A stretch of DNA of 64,000 nucleotides from Azolla caroliniana (Eukaryota; Plantae; Polypodiophyta), in assembly GCA_043228905.1 (NCBI GenBank), contig JBHGNT010000002.1, positions 2,542,001-2,606,000 on the forward strand, in the 5' to 3' direction. The notes beneath the pieces are model-generated. The model worked only from the letters and a program-made list of their open reading frames with translations, was not told the DNA's origin and made no database searches. Shown here piece by piece: positions 25,095-37,746 of the stretch (the first letter of the stretch is position 1; each line of letters begins with the position of its first letter). The translations under genes and the position numbers were made by a program.

Positions 25095-28000
25095 TTACCC
25101 ACAGAATCCTTCTCGTAATTGATTCCTTAACACCTCAATCTCTTCTACCTCCATCCACATTTTAGCATCTATGTAGATGTTGCACATCAAGATGAAAGAT
25201 ATAGCATGACTTTTATCCAATTGAAGAGCATGTAAAAATGCCCACTTACCTAGTTCAACATTACCCAATTTTTGACAAGCACCTAGAATAGTGTGCCACA
25301 TTACAAGATTTGGGTGAAAGGGCATTGTTCCAATAATTCTTACAGCTTCATTTATTTGACCTGCACGGCCTAGAAGATCGATCACACAAGCAAAGTGTTT
25401 AATGCCCGGTGTCACACCATACTCTTTTCTCATGACCTCAAAATAACTATGGGCTTTCTCTAATAGACCCACATGCATACACAAGGTGAGAATTGCAAGA
25501 AAAATAACACCATCTGGGTGCAGACTTGTTTGCACTAATCTCTCAAACAACTGGAAAACAACCAAACTCTCTCCTTGGTACACATAGCCTCTAATAAGTG
25601 CATCCCATGTCATAATATCACGTGTGGGTATCGAATCAAAGAGCTCTTGCGCATCTGTCAAGTTCCCACACTTTGCATACATATCAACAAAAGATGTTGC
25701 AAGGTCTACTCCTATAACCTCCTGTCCAGCAATGACTTGTGCATGGTTTCGCTTCCCGATTTCCAACAATGCTTCATTGCCACAACCTTTCACAATACTT
25801 ACCAAAATACCACTATCTGGTGCCAATCCTTGCTCTTGCATTTTACGACAAGAAGTGAGAGCTTTTTCAGTTTCGCCATGTTCCACATATGCTGATATTA
25901 ACCCCATCCATGTGACTTTGCCCAGGGATAATCCTTTTGATTGCATTTGCTGCAATATATCCAGTGCTTCTTCAAGATGGCCCTCTTCAATAAACTTGTT
26001 GATTAGTATGTTCCATGAAATAGGATCTATAACCAACATGTTATAGAAAATCTCAAGAGCAGCTTTTTTCGTCATAGAAGTAGCATACATTTCTACCAAT
26101 GCATTGGCAACACTAAGGTCCTTCTCTAGTCCCTTTTTCATGACAGCTGCATGCAAACTAAGACCACTAAATTTATCTTTAAGATTACTCAAAGCTTTCG
26201 AAATCTCAATAAAGGTTGTCACATCTGGAGAGACATTTTTGAGCTCCATCTGCTTAAAACAATTAACTGCATCTTCATAGAGATTTTTATCCACAAATAT
26301 TTTGATAAGTGCATTCCAAGATGCTACCTCTTGAAATGAAACATTTTCTAATACGTCTTGTGCGTCTATAACCAAGCCGCATCTAGCATACATCTCAACC
26401 AAAACATTGCCAAAAAAAGGATACTGATCGAATCCTTTCTTGACAACATTGACATGTATTTTCTGGCCACAATCTGGAACTTGAATACTTCCCAACAGCT
26501 GTAAGGAAAAATAAAGAGAGACATCGTCCATAGATATACCCTTCAATTGCATCTTCTCAAAAAGTTCTAATGCCTCTTCCTTACATCCATAATTGGCATA
26601 TCCTTCACTTAGTGAAGTCCATGAAGTCACATCTTTGATGGCCAAATTCTCAAACACTTCCACCGCATCCAGAAAAAAACCACATTTTGCATACATGTAC
26701 ACAAGCATATTTCCAATTGTGACATCACCGTCAAACCCTATCCTGGTAATATGTATATGTATACTGGTGCCCCTTTCTAGATCTCCAATATCACCAGCGG
26801 CTTTAAGGCCTGAAAAAAATGTAACTTGATCTTGAGTAACACCTTCCAATTGCATTTCTTGCAAACACCTCAATGCTTCCTCACTAAATCCAACTTCAAT
26901 ATACCCTGAAATCATAGTATTCCAAGACACAGTATCTCGAAGAGCTAATGTGTTAAGTACTCCGTTGGCTTCTGTGAACAAGTTATATTTAAAATAAAGA
27001 CCTATTAATGCACTTCCAACAATAGGAAGAGAATCAAACCCCTGCTTGACAACCTCGGCATGTACATAGTAACCCTTACTTATAGTTACTATTGCATTAC
27101 CACAAGCTTTTATAGCCAAAACAAGAGCGAAGGTATCCCGAGCTATACCTTCAATCTCCATTTGTTCGATACAACATAATGCTCTATTTCCAAGCCCACG
27201 ATCTACATAGCCACCACTCAATGCAGTCCAAGTGATCACATCTCGAATGTCTACATTTTCAAACACATATTCAGCATCTTCTGGACAACCACATTTGGCA
27301 TACATATACACCAAAGCATTCTCTAACGAAATATCCATCTCCATACCCACCTTGAAAGCAAATGAATGTAGATTTTGGCCAATGTTGGGGGCTTTTATGT
27401 CACCACAAGCTTTCCAGCCAGAAATGCAAGTTATGCGATCAGGAGTTACTCCTTCACATTGCATTATTTCCAGGAAATCCAATGCCTTTTCAAGTAGTCC
27501 CGCATCCAAATAACCAACAAATAGAGAGGTCCATGATATTACATCGTAGCTTTGCAAATGCAAAGAGTTCAACAACAATTCTTCACTCTCACTGAGACAA
27601 CCACATCTCAAATACATACAAACCAAGCCATTGCAAAGAAATTCATCTTTTTCAAACCCAAGTTTGATGATCGCACCGTGAATTTGCAGGCCTTCCTCGA
27701 CATACCCTAGCCTGGTACAGCAAGTAATCAAAGGAACAAGAGTATACTTACTACAATGAACCTTTTCTCGCCACATCTGATGGTACACATGGAAAACACC
27801 ATGGAACGCTTCAGACTCGACCAATCCTTGCAAGAGGGAGGTCCACGAAAGCTCATTCCGATTTTCCATCCGAGAGAAAACCTGGAGGGAGAAGGAAAAG
27901 TGGCCACATTTAACGAATGTGGAGATAAACAAGTTTCCGAAGCTTTCTAGAGCATCGAGACCGAAGGCACAGAGGAGAAGATGCAGGGAGTGAGCTAATC

Positions 28001-28121
28001 TCAGGTCCTTCGTTCTGCTGCATCCTCGCAGGGCAGAGAGGAGGTGGGGCAGAGACGGTAGTGGAGGTTCGGCTGAGGCTGAGGCGGAGGGGAGCCGGGC
28101 CAGGGCTTCTTCCAGAAGCTT
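25095..28121 (-). CDS. PLS-class pentatricopeptide repeat protein with E domain and no DYW domain (probable organellar RNA-editing factor); start codon unresolved
   Basis: Uninterrupted frame from 28121 to the stop at 25095 with repeated P-L-S triplets (NALVYMYAKCG...DVITWTAL..GY) and a C-terminal E motif (HFACVIDLLGRAG...MPFHPNLVMWHTILGAC). The first ATG is at 27869. Confidence 0.92.
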   Translation of the reverse strand, partial: KLLEEALARLPSASASAEPPLPSLPHLLSALRGCSRTKDLRLAHSLHLLLCAFGLDALESFGNLFISTFVKCGHFSFSLQVFSRMENRNELSWTSLLQGLVESEAFHGVFHVYHQMWREKVHCSKYTLVPLITCCTRLGYVEEGLQIHGAIIKLGFEKDEFLCNGLVCMYLRCGCLSESEELLLNSLHLQSYDVISWTSLFVGYLDAGLLEKALDFLEIMQCEGVTPDRITCISGWKACGDIKAPNIGQNLHSFAFKVGMEMDISLENALVYMYAKCGCPEDAEYVFENVDIRDVITWTALSGGYVDRGLGNRALCCIEQMEIEGIARDTFALVLAIKACGNAIVTISKGYYVHAEVVKQGFDSLPIVGSALIGLYFKYNLFTEANGVLNTLALRDTVSWNTMISGYIEVGFSEEALRCLQEMQLEGVTQDQVTFFSGLKAAGDIGDLERGTSIHIHITRIGFDGDVTIGNMLVYMYAKCGFFLDAVEVFENLAIKDVTSWTSLSEGYANYGCKEEALELFEKMQLKGISMDDVSLYFSLQLLGSIQVPDCGQKIHVNVVKKGFDQYPFFGNVLVEMYARCGLVIDAQDVLENVSFQEVASWNALIKIFVDKNLYEDAVNCFKQMELKNVSPDVTTFIEISKALSNLKDKFSGLSLHAAVMKKGLEKDLSVANALVEMYATSMTKKAALEIFYNMLVIDPISWNILINKFIEEGHLEEALDILQQMQSKGLSLGKVTWMGLISAYVEHGETEKALTSCRKMQEQGLAPDSGILVSIVKGCGNEALLEIGKRNHAQVIAGQEVIGVDLATSFVDMYAKCGNLTDAQELFDSIPTRDIMTWDALIRGYVYQGESLVVFQLFERLVQTSLHPDGVIFLAILTLCMHVGLLEKAHSYFEVMRKEYGVTPGIKHFACVIDLLGRAGQINEAVRIIGTMPFHPNLVMWHTILGACQKLGNVELGKWAFLHALQLDKSHAISFILMCNIYIDAKMWMEVEEIEVLRNQLREGFCG

Positions 28122-28225
28122 CTAGAAGAAGAACAGGAGGTTCTAGAAGAAGAAGAAGAAGAAGAAGAAGGAGAAGAAGCTTCTAAATTGGATTCAATTA
28201 GGGCTTAAATTTCTTGGGGGACCGT

Positions 28226-28660
28226 TAACATTCGGCAACGGTTCGGTTTGAGAGGGTCCAAACCGAACCGAACCGGTTTGGAACTGAATCATTTAATTTT
28301 TTTGAAACCTGAACCAAACCAAACTGAACTGTTAAACATTTTCAAACCGTTAAACCATTAAACCGTAAAAATCGCGGTTTCGTGGTTCGGTTTCGGTTTT
28401 TAACATAGGTCAAAATTTTAATTTTTAATTTTAAAAAATGTATAATATTTCATTTTAAATTTTTTTTAAGATGTTCCTAAAATGTTAGAATAAGGTCTAA
28501 AAAAGAAAAGATTGTTTAAAATTTTTTTAAAATAAAAAACCATCAAACTGTTTAAACTACGGGTTTTGACTATTGAAACCGAACCGAACCGTTAATAAAA
28601 ACCTAAACCTAGACTGAACCAAACTGTTAAGCCGATTGTTAAGGACTGTTGCTCATTGTA
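28226..28660. mobile_element. Degenerate hAT-type MITE with AAACCG subterminal repeats, directly upstream of the PPR gene
   Basis: Ends TTCGGCAACGGTTCGG / CTGTTGCTCATTGTA resemble the TIRs at 44462 and 62022; AT-rich core; no clear TSD. Confidence 0.65.
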
Positions 28661-28749
28661 AAAATCTATGGTATGATTTAAGAAAATAGTTTTGTAATAA
28701 ACTAAAGTCACAAGTTTCATCAGAGGTATATTTCTTGTAGGGTTTGGTC

Positions 28750-31625
28750 ATATAAAATGGCAATCACTCGTAAGGTTGCCATAAAGTCGGGTAGTATGAT
28801 CGATAATGAGTCGAGATCACCAATTTTTCTAGATATTAATGTAGCAAATTCAATCACAATAGAGAAAATGTTTATGAGTCATTGGATTTCTCTTCAAGAA
28901 ACCATAAATAAGAAGAGTGAAGAGATTAGGACACTAATGAAAGAGAATGCTAAAGTACATATTGTTGTTATTAAGAATGAAGGTTTTAAAAAAATGGTTG
29001 CGAAACTTAATGATGAGATTCAAGAATGTACGAAAGTTTCATTTGAAACAAATGAGCGCCTAAACAATATTGAGTTAAAAGAAGCATTAAAAGAGGAAAA
29101 CCATGGCTACAATAAGGTGGGATGTAAGTGAGACAAAAAATGTAAACACAACAAAGTCACGTGCCGATATATGTGATAGGGATGCGGTATCAAACTCATC
29201 TATTATGCATATGATGAATCAAGAGAAGAATGTAGAAATCATAGATGTCCGAGAATTGAAATAACACGAACGATGATCAAAGACCATTTTCATCCATGGG
29301 ATTAAAGAAGAGAGTATGGAACACCCATATCATTTGGAAAGGCCATCATTGAATTCTTTAATATCCATTATGGTATTGTCGAACATGAATGTATATGGGG
29401 CACACCGACATGTGTTGCTCTTCAAGAGAAAGGCCTATTGTAGGCAGAATGACAAATGAAACAAAGTGAAGAATTATACTCCAAAATAGTTGGGTATACC
29501 TCAAAGGTATACAATGTTTTGTGAGTGAAGATTGTATTATCTCACAACAAAATGCCTATCATAAAGCATATGAAAATTTTGAAAAATAGGGACGAAAAGG
29601 TAGGCAAATAGGGACACATGACCAATGGGATTAATCCATGTCTTTTATGACCATGCCTTTGGAATGCTAATGGGTACCCATGGAATGCATGATTTGGCAT
29701 AGAGGAGGTCACCAATGACTTTGATATAACACTTCTTGTTAAAACATGGGAGCATGATACTGAAATGATTCAAGGTTTATGAAACTATAATGTAGACTCT
29801 TTGAAATGGGTTGAAAATCCAAGACAATAAAGAGGACGAGGGGTGACATGTTTGATTAAGAGGGAAATAGAGAAATTTGTATAATCGGACTATAAATTGG
29901 ATCAAGCCTTTATGTAAAGGTGGAGATGTAAATAATTATCAAACCATCATGGTTGGCTCACTAAAAGCAAAACTATTTGGATGTATAATGGAATCAAAGA
30001 TAAGTACATGGGTTAGAAAAAAATGATTAACGAGCTTATGGACAAGCTGACTTTGAAAACACCATGACACCATCGATCACCTTATCACCCTTCGAGTATT
30101 AATAGAGGAAAGTTGCTTCAAATGGTAGACTTCAAGAAAGCTTTCAACATGGTACCTCATGAGCATCGTTGGATGCGAATAGAAGAACTCGAGGTGCTAA
30201 GTGAATATATGCTTGCAATTTCTTGAATTTATGAGAAATTTATGTGTTGTGTGCACATGGGTATTAGACCTTTAGATTTTTTCAATAACAGTATTGGTGT
30301 TAAGCAAGTACGTCCACTCTCACAGACTCTATTAGGTCTACAAATTGATGAATTAGAAGAAATGGTTTCCAAGTTTGTAAAGGAAGAATGCATTAAAGAA
30401 ATTGTCATTGGGAATGTAGTCATCATGCTTTTATTATATGCGGATCACGTACTGCTTTTTGCAAATACTTTAGGAGATATGCAAAAGCTTATAAAAGCAT
30501 GGGAAGAATTTTGCATGCATTCTAAATTAAGTGTCAACAGCTCTAAAACAACAAATATACTTGTGAAGAACCAGATGAAAGATAAATCATGCATTGTGTA
30601 CAATAATGAACCACCACTTGAATGTGTGGAAAACTTCAAATATCTTGACCTTAAAGTTCCTTCAAATCATAGATTGAATTAATATGCTACCTGGCCCCTA
30701 GAGATGGGAAAGAGAGCATGTTATGCATTTGAGAACACATGTACTTATTGAGAAATTAAGTGTTGGGTCCTCAAGAAATACATTTTCGACACTTTGGTGA
30801 CATCGGTGCTTCACTATGTGGTCGTAACATCCCTAAATCTACTTGGAAAGAGTTTGAAATGTCGAAAAACATTTTTATGCAAAGTTTCTCCAAGTTAAGA
30901 AACAAAAGTCATACACCCTCCCACATCTTTAGATGGCATCACTTCCCAGTGAGATCATGGCCATAGTTTAAGGTTGAAGAAGTTCCTCACATCAACGTCT
31001 TAGAATCATATGGGAAGCAAGACAATAGATCCAAAAGACCCATAAAAGCAAAGTTTTGTGTTCTGGTTGGATGCAAGATATGGAAATTTGGTTTGGATGA
31101 TGGGATGCAGCACATCTGCTCCATGATGCATCACTAGATTCCTTGGTAATTGAGGCCTTTTTGCAATGCCCATGTACCAGGACATGGGACAAATATGGAG
31201 GCTATCATGTTGCACCTAACTACAAATTTAACCATATTCTTCGTCGAATGAGAAACTACACACATTGATACATGTTAGAGCCTATCTTGTTGTTTGCCAT
31301 CCAAACAATTGCTTCCAAGTGATGAGAGTGGTTGACTATGCACACTTTGCCCAAAACAAGTTCGGGAGTCTAAGTATCACTCTTTGATACACTTCTCTAC
31401 CTTTGATCATATTTGACTATACTTTGCACACATCTTTGCGCAAACCCAATCCTTGCATGAATTTCTCTCACAATCACAATGTGCACTTTTGATTGCAACA
31501 TTCATTGGTAAAGTTCGTGAACATTGAGAGTTGCTATTATATAAATGTAATATTTTTTGTCTCATAGGTCATATTTGACCTCACAAAGATGATAATAGAA
31601 TCTAACAAATTATCTATCTATCTCT
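28750..31625 (+). mobile_element. Decayed LINE (RTE-like): ORF1-like coiled coil, endonuclease and RT fragments, short tandem-repeat tail
   Basis: WNANG endonuclease start (~29661), NYQTIMVGSL, DHLITLRVL, VDFKKAF, GVKQVRPLS, LLYADH and FKYL motifs; ends in (TCTA)n. The clade assignment is inferred. Confidence 0.75.
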
Positions 31626-31634
31626 AAGATATAT

Positions 31635-33450
31635 TGGGGAGCCTCTCTGGTCATGACCTCCTTGGGACTTTACCCATCAACGGTGTATATGCTAGCTCAG
31701 AACCCTTTGAGCATGACCTCCATGGGACTTTACCCATCAACAATCTATATGTTGACTCAAAACTCCCTACCCACTACTTTGGATTCATTATCCCTTTGTG
31801 GCACCATCTCTATGCCGCTCGAGAGACCAAAAGTAGCTTGGAATATTGGATTGGAAGGCTTGGTGCTTCCCCTTGCTTTCCCTTACACATTACTCCGAAC
31901 TCAGACACTACCACGAGCTGAGCCCTTGTGATTACCTAATCGTGGCCAAGCCTAGAATCGATATTAGAAACTCCAATAGCTTCCACTCTGTGCATAAATG
32001 TCATCCAATGATGAAGATTTGCGACCTACATGCAATCTTTTGAAGTAATGAAGAGATTTACCATATGTGGTGCAACATACATACAATAAGCATGGATAGT
32101 ATACAAGCTTTGTCACAACCTACTTGAATGACATTTACCCTCCTCCTAACTATCCATGACATGCCAACCACACCCCCCTCCCTTCATTCTTATCTGTATT
32201 CATAGCATTGGCATGTGGGGCTCCCTATTCTTTAAATAAAGAGGCAACAAATTGAGTTGTGCACTCCCTTTACATGATATAGACTGTCATGATTAAATTA
32301 CCGCATTACGCTAATTCTTACGTTACTCCCCTCTTGAAGAATGTTTTTTGTTCTCAAAAGAAAATCCAAGAAAATAACATTTGAGGGTTTCCTCAACCCC
32401 TAAGTGTAATTTGTCTACAATATTTCACAAACAAAGTATAGCCAAAACTCACAAGCTCAGCAAGTGCACAGAAGTGGCAAAGGTGGAACACTTTCCCCAT
32501 CCCAATAAACATGGAACACGTTTAAATAACTATGAGTTAATGTAGTATGTATATCAAGTAACCCAAGCACAATTAACTATGTACGTTGAAACCTATATGC
32601 ATATCATGCCACCCATTATGTATGGAAACACTTTTGTCTATTTAGTGTTTCCATTCATCCCAATTTCTTAAGCAACCAATAATGAAGAAATGTGTGCATT
32701 ACTTCATCATCTACCTAATTATGAACACAAAGTTTGTTGATGGTATCTTGCACTTGCAACAACTTGTGTGGTCCCAAAGATTGTTGCCAAAAGTTCGTAA
32801 TGACATTAGAAGCACGTGAATCTCAACCATGACTAACTTCCGCCAATGAGAACTTGGAAGTGCCTAAAGGTAGAACTTCTTCAATATGTACCAACTTCTT
32901 CAATATGTACCATCTTTTCCTTTCCAATGGAATCCTTGTGTTTTTGGGGATTGCATCTCCACATACATGAACACAACTTTTTTGGAAATGCACATCCAAG
33001 CCATTATACACTTCTTTTATTTTCCAAATTATATTGCAATCAAATGGCAAGACAAGCAAGAAACCTTGGCCTTTTTGTTTCTCAAGATAAAAGGAAAATC
33101 CATGTGCCCTTTGTCACTAGAATTATCATGGTTGAGAATCTTGTATTGGGGCTAATTATACTATCTTTCCACATTTTATCAAAGAGCGTCTATTAGGGCT
33201 ACAACATTCTTAATCCCTTGTCACCAACAAGTTGTGATTAGGTTGTTCAATGGCCTATAGCTCTAATTGTTTTCCAATATTAGAATATGGCATCCAAACG
33301 AGTAGCTATCTTGCCTAATTTTTGGGGGGATAATAACTACCTTTGATTTCCTACATTAGGTTGGATTGGCCATCATTATGTTTGCTTAGGACTATAGAGT
33401 GTCCCTATATTAACACAATGCAAGTCCGATTGTCTATGTTAGTACTTAGA
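31635..33450 (-). mobile_element. Possible decayed Gypsy 3' end (integrase remnants, PPT near 32324-32334, LTR-like segment to its left)
   Basis: Minus-strand purine tract GAGGGGAGTAA followed by CGTAAG; only weak integrase-like peptides. Confidence 0.3.
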
Positions 33451-35871
33451 TATCAACCTTATTACTTAATGCCATTATTGAGTGATGTATCACATTACCA
33501 ACATGCTTATACAAAATAGATGTTAATGAGAACTTCACACATGCTCAACATTAAAAAATCACACAGACGGAAGCTAGGGAACTATAGGACCAAAATAAAC
33601 CCCAACAAAGCTAGGAGAATAAAAGGCATCCTAAACCTAAGAGAATAACTATATGTTAGTCTATGTGTAGAAACATATGAATGGTTGGCTTGAATTAATT
33701 TATGCAAATTGATTAGAAGAAATGAGGTCGACAAAACTAAGAGACAAAGAGGGCTCTTAAGCAAAATACAATTTCGTGTGCAAAAAAGTTATTGTTACGC
33801 AAAAGACTTGCTAAGAGGTCAACTCTCTAATCACAACTAGAAAGAGTCCATGCTTGGTTCAGAATTCACGAGACTAACACCTAAAACAAAGAAAATGATT
33901 GTCTAGGTAGCAAAGCAACAAAAGCATAAGGTAGATGATAAAGCATATATTATAGGTATCATTAAAATAATACAACACATGTTAGTCTAGCCATAAGGAA
34001 AGTTTATGAATCTAGATGACATACCCAATCACCTTTAGTCAACCACCTTTAACTTTCTAATAAACATAACATGTATGTGCTATATCACGAAACCAATGCA
34101 TAACATTGTGCAATGCATGATGGAAAATGGTGGCAAAGGAAAATATCCTCTTCAGGCTATTTTTATTGTGTAGATTCATTCATAACAACAAATCATGTGC
34201 AAGGCATAATTGGATTCATTGTCCCTAACCCACCCTAGTGTATTACAACATTCGAAATATAAAACGAAGGCAACAATAAAAAATCATGAATGTGCTATTC
34301 CAAAAGAAGTCAATTTTATAATCCTACAAATATATTGGGATTAAAAAAGATGGTTGATAATGCCCTTTCAAGAAACTCTTTGATTAAAGATCTTGAACTT
34401 AGTCTTAAAAACAACTTTCCAGCACTAATCTCTTCTCAAACCATACAATGCCAATCAATTATTTTAAATTGATGCCATTTGTAATGACATTAATATATAT
34501 TTAAAGTCTGTGACATACACGAATCTTCATTTTCCACTAGTATCACACACAAACAACAATTGTTGAAACTTGTCAATTATTTATGACTTATTCCTTTGGC
34601 AAACTATCACGACTAAAGAAACTTGAAATACCATAAACTTGCCCAATGATCCCACTGTCTTTTATTAAATTCAATAAATAATACTATTAATCATGATTCT
34701 GAGACAATATGATAAAGAACTTGAACATCACACGACTTGAATCGACAAGACCTTTATTGGCAATTGGTTGAATTGCCCCTAATATGTATTGATATGTTTA
34801 AGAACCCCTATGACATGGTAGTCCAATTATTATGTTTCCAAAAGCAAAAACCTAACTATTATGTTTCCACAATCGTCTACTTTTTATTTCACTTTATGTT
34901 TGGTTATATGGCATGTCTTTATGCATATAAACAACACAACATCTAGCAAATGGATCAACTTCAATCCATCAATCATTCTACGTCAGACCCGGAGTTTGTA
35001 GTAATATTCCTTATTGAATATAAAATATTTTGTCTTTAACATTGCCTATAATATGACACATTCATAAAGTGGTCGTTTACTAGGCATTGGAAAAGTATGA
35101 AGCTTGCGTGAGTTACCCCATTTACATTATTAATGTCTACCAAAAATGGTCCACATTAACCACAATGAAATAAAGAATAAGGTTTGAGTCAAAAGAAATC
35201 ATCCGCAATTCATGAGAGTGTAAGTCTCGATATGCGGCAAAAATATCATTGACAAATTCAATCAGACATGTCCCACTTGAGTTTAAACTCACAAAAAGGT
35301 ATTTAAACAAACAAGAAAATATCAACCATTTAAAGTTACAAGTAATGTTTTCTAATATGTATGTACATATGTATATGATGACTAAAGGATAGGGTAGAAG
35401 CATTATATTAAAACAAAATGCAAGGCAAGATTTAGAATGCTAGCCAACAACGGTACCTAATTAGTCCTAGGTGACATCGTCCACTGTTTCGCTCCTTTCT
35501 AGTAAACATTGGAACATTTAGTGCATGGGTTTTAGTTTTTTTGAGAGAACACATAATAGTCAATATAGATGATAGAATTTTCGGACTTTTGGGTGCACAA
35601 TTTATAGACCAATAAAAAAAATTTAAGAACAACTAGATCATACCAAACCTAGAGAAAAACTCTAATATTGTGTCTTTCAACACAAAGAAATAGTCTACTA
35701 GCATAATAATTTAACATATCAAAGTTTTAAACCACTAACACAAATATGAGAAAAGAGAGAGGCCACAGAATATCACTAATCTAAAAGTATTTTGCAAAAG
35801 ATAAATATGAGTACATCTTCCCCAAAAGACATGAGACAAAAAAGTTCCTTCGTAAAACATTAGCCAATACA

Positions 35872-36093
35872 TGGAACGGTTGATTTACATGTTAAGGCAT
35901 CAAATGGACTTCTGGTTGTTGCTGAGGCCAAAAGCTTGAGCCCAATGTTGTTGAGACTGTTAGAGTTGCACGAGTGTTCAATAGTTTCTAGTTAATTATG
36001 TTGCATTTTTCTTTGTAATACTGGACTTTTTTGTATATTGCCTTTGGCCACTTTATGTTAATACCAATGGAGGATATTTTTATGGGAAAAAAA
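35872..36093 (+). mobile_element. Short 5'-truncated non-LTR (L1-type) insertion
   Basis: Poly(A) end; 18-bp TSD AAAACAT(T/G)AGCCAATACA at 35854-35871 and 36094-36111. Confidence 0.75.
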
Positions 36094-36242
36094 AAAACAT
36101 GAGCCAATACAATCTCACTCCAAAAGCCACAAGATTGGTTAATTGGCACGACATGCCATAAGTAGGTATGAGCTACACCTATTCAAACAAACATGTGCAA
36201 CCTAGTATCTATTGATTGGCACATGGTTGGTGTCATGACCAC

Positions 36243-36276
<34 letters not shown>

Positions 36277-37746
36277 CCAATGGGTAAGATCCTTGACTCC
36301 AAGGAACATAGATACATTGTTCAAACATGTGCTTGTTTACAATAATACTGTTAAATTCTTATAAGATGCTTCAAAAGTCTCTAGGTTATGAGGTGTTTTG
36401 TGGGTATACATTGTAATTGCACGGGTGTCACTCTATTTACTTGGGGATAACATCTACGACCATACAAGCATATGCTCTAACTACATGAATATAATGTGAT
36501 GGTCTTTAAGGTAAGCAGAGAGTATTTTGAGAAAGACTTCGATTATGAAAGGCTTCCGGGCCATGTCACAATTTATTTGGAGAGAGTGGTCCATCTCAAA
36601 AGTGCATAGATATTGTTGATGTGGAAAATATGTGGGGAAATGCTAGTGGCAAACAACTCTTTATGACAAGTACTTTGGAACTGAGCTTCTTTTTCTAGAA
36701 TGTAGGTGAGAGCAGAAAGCAGATCAATGAGCTGCAGTACAAGCAAAAAAGGAGAACTAGAAAAGTAGCACTGCATGTACTTTGCTTTATCAATAGAATG
36801 ACTTGTTCTCCGCAAAATACATTGGATTACACACATGAACCTTTCGGTCCAGATAATCGAATTAGATGCATCGCAATTTGAGATTTTTGGTTAGCTCAAG
36901 AGTAGACTTTGAATGCATAGCTTGAGGTAACTTTACAGTTTTCTTGCAAATATGGACAATGAATGGGTAGGTTGAGTTTAGAGTTCATGGTTCTAATGTT
37001 AGAATTCCCAAACATTTCATCAAACCCTAATATTAGCAGGACTTTACTGTTACTCTACTGCATCAGGTTTGGTTTCACTTGTGATTAAAATAGCTTTGAT
37101 TCACAAGATTGGTGGATTGTAACCCTCCAGCATATACCCTTTGGATTTGATGGGTTTGTTAAAATAACAAACCAATATAGTACAATGATGCTTGTAAAGA
37201 TCAAATTATGGAAAAGCTTTCAAAAACAATTTCAAGTATAGTATAGCATATGTATTGTGTGAATGTATGTATAAGGGGCAACAGAACATATAGGAGTATA
37301 AAGTTCCATGCTGCCTTCTACAAAACATATAAGAGAATATGAAATAGGTGAAAAGCATTCATACAACCCACTTACAATGGGGGAGGGAGGGCAAAAATGT
37401 GATGGATGTTACAACATAGGGAGTTGGCATATAACCTCAGTACATGTATGTATACATTTAAGGAAGCCAAGCAAAACCCATCATTCTGAAGGACAATATG
37501 CACTCAAGAAGCCAAGCAGATATATCTCTTTTTTCATCCACAAGCAGCAATCATTCTAGCATCAAATATACCCTTTTGCTTATTCTTCATCCCTTCTGTT
37601 TACTTCTCTTAGTATCATTCTTGAAGACATAAGAGAACTATCTCTATAGCATTGCCTCTTTTCACATATTGCTTAGCTTGCTTTTGGGCTACTTTTCATG
37701 TCCAAATCATGGCTTTTTACTATATATATGAGTGTCTGAAACTTTA

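Noticed and set aside
25575-27950. Plus-strand ORFs overlapping the PPR gene
   Set aside because: Antisense shadows of a long coding frame with no motifs.
31652-31775. 60-bp tandem duplication
   Set aside because: Two degenerate copies inside probable LTR debris; no further structure.
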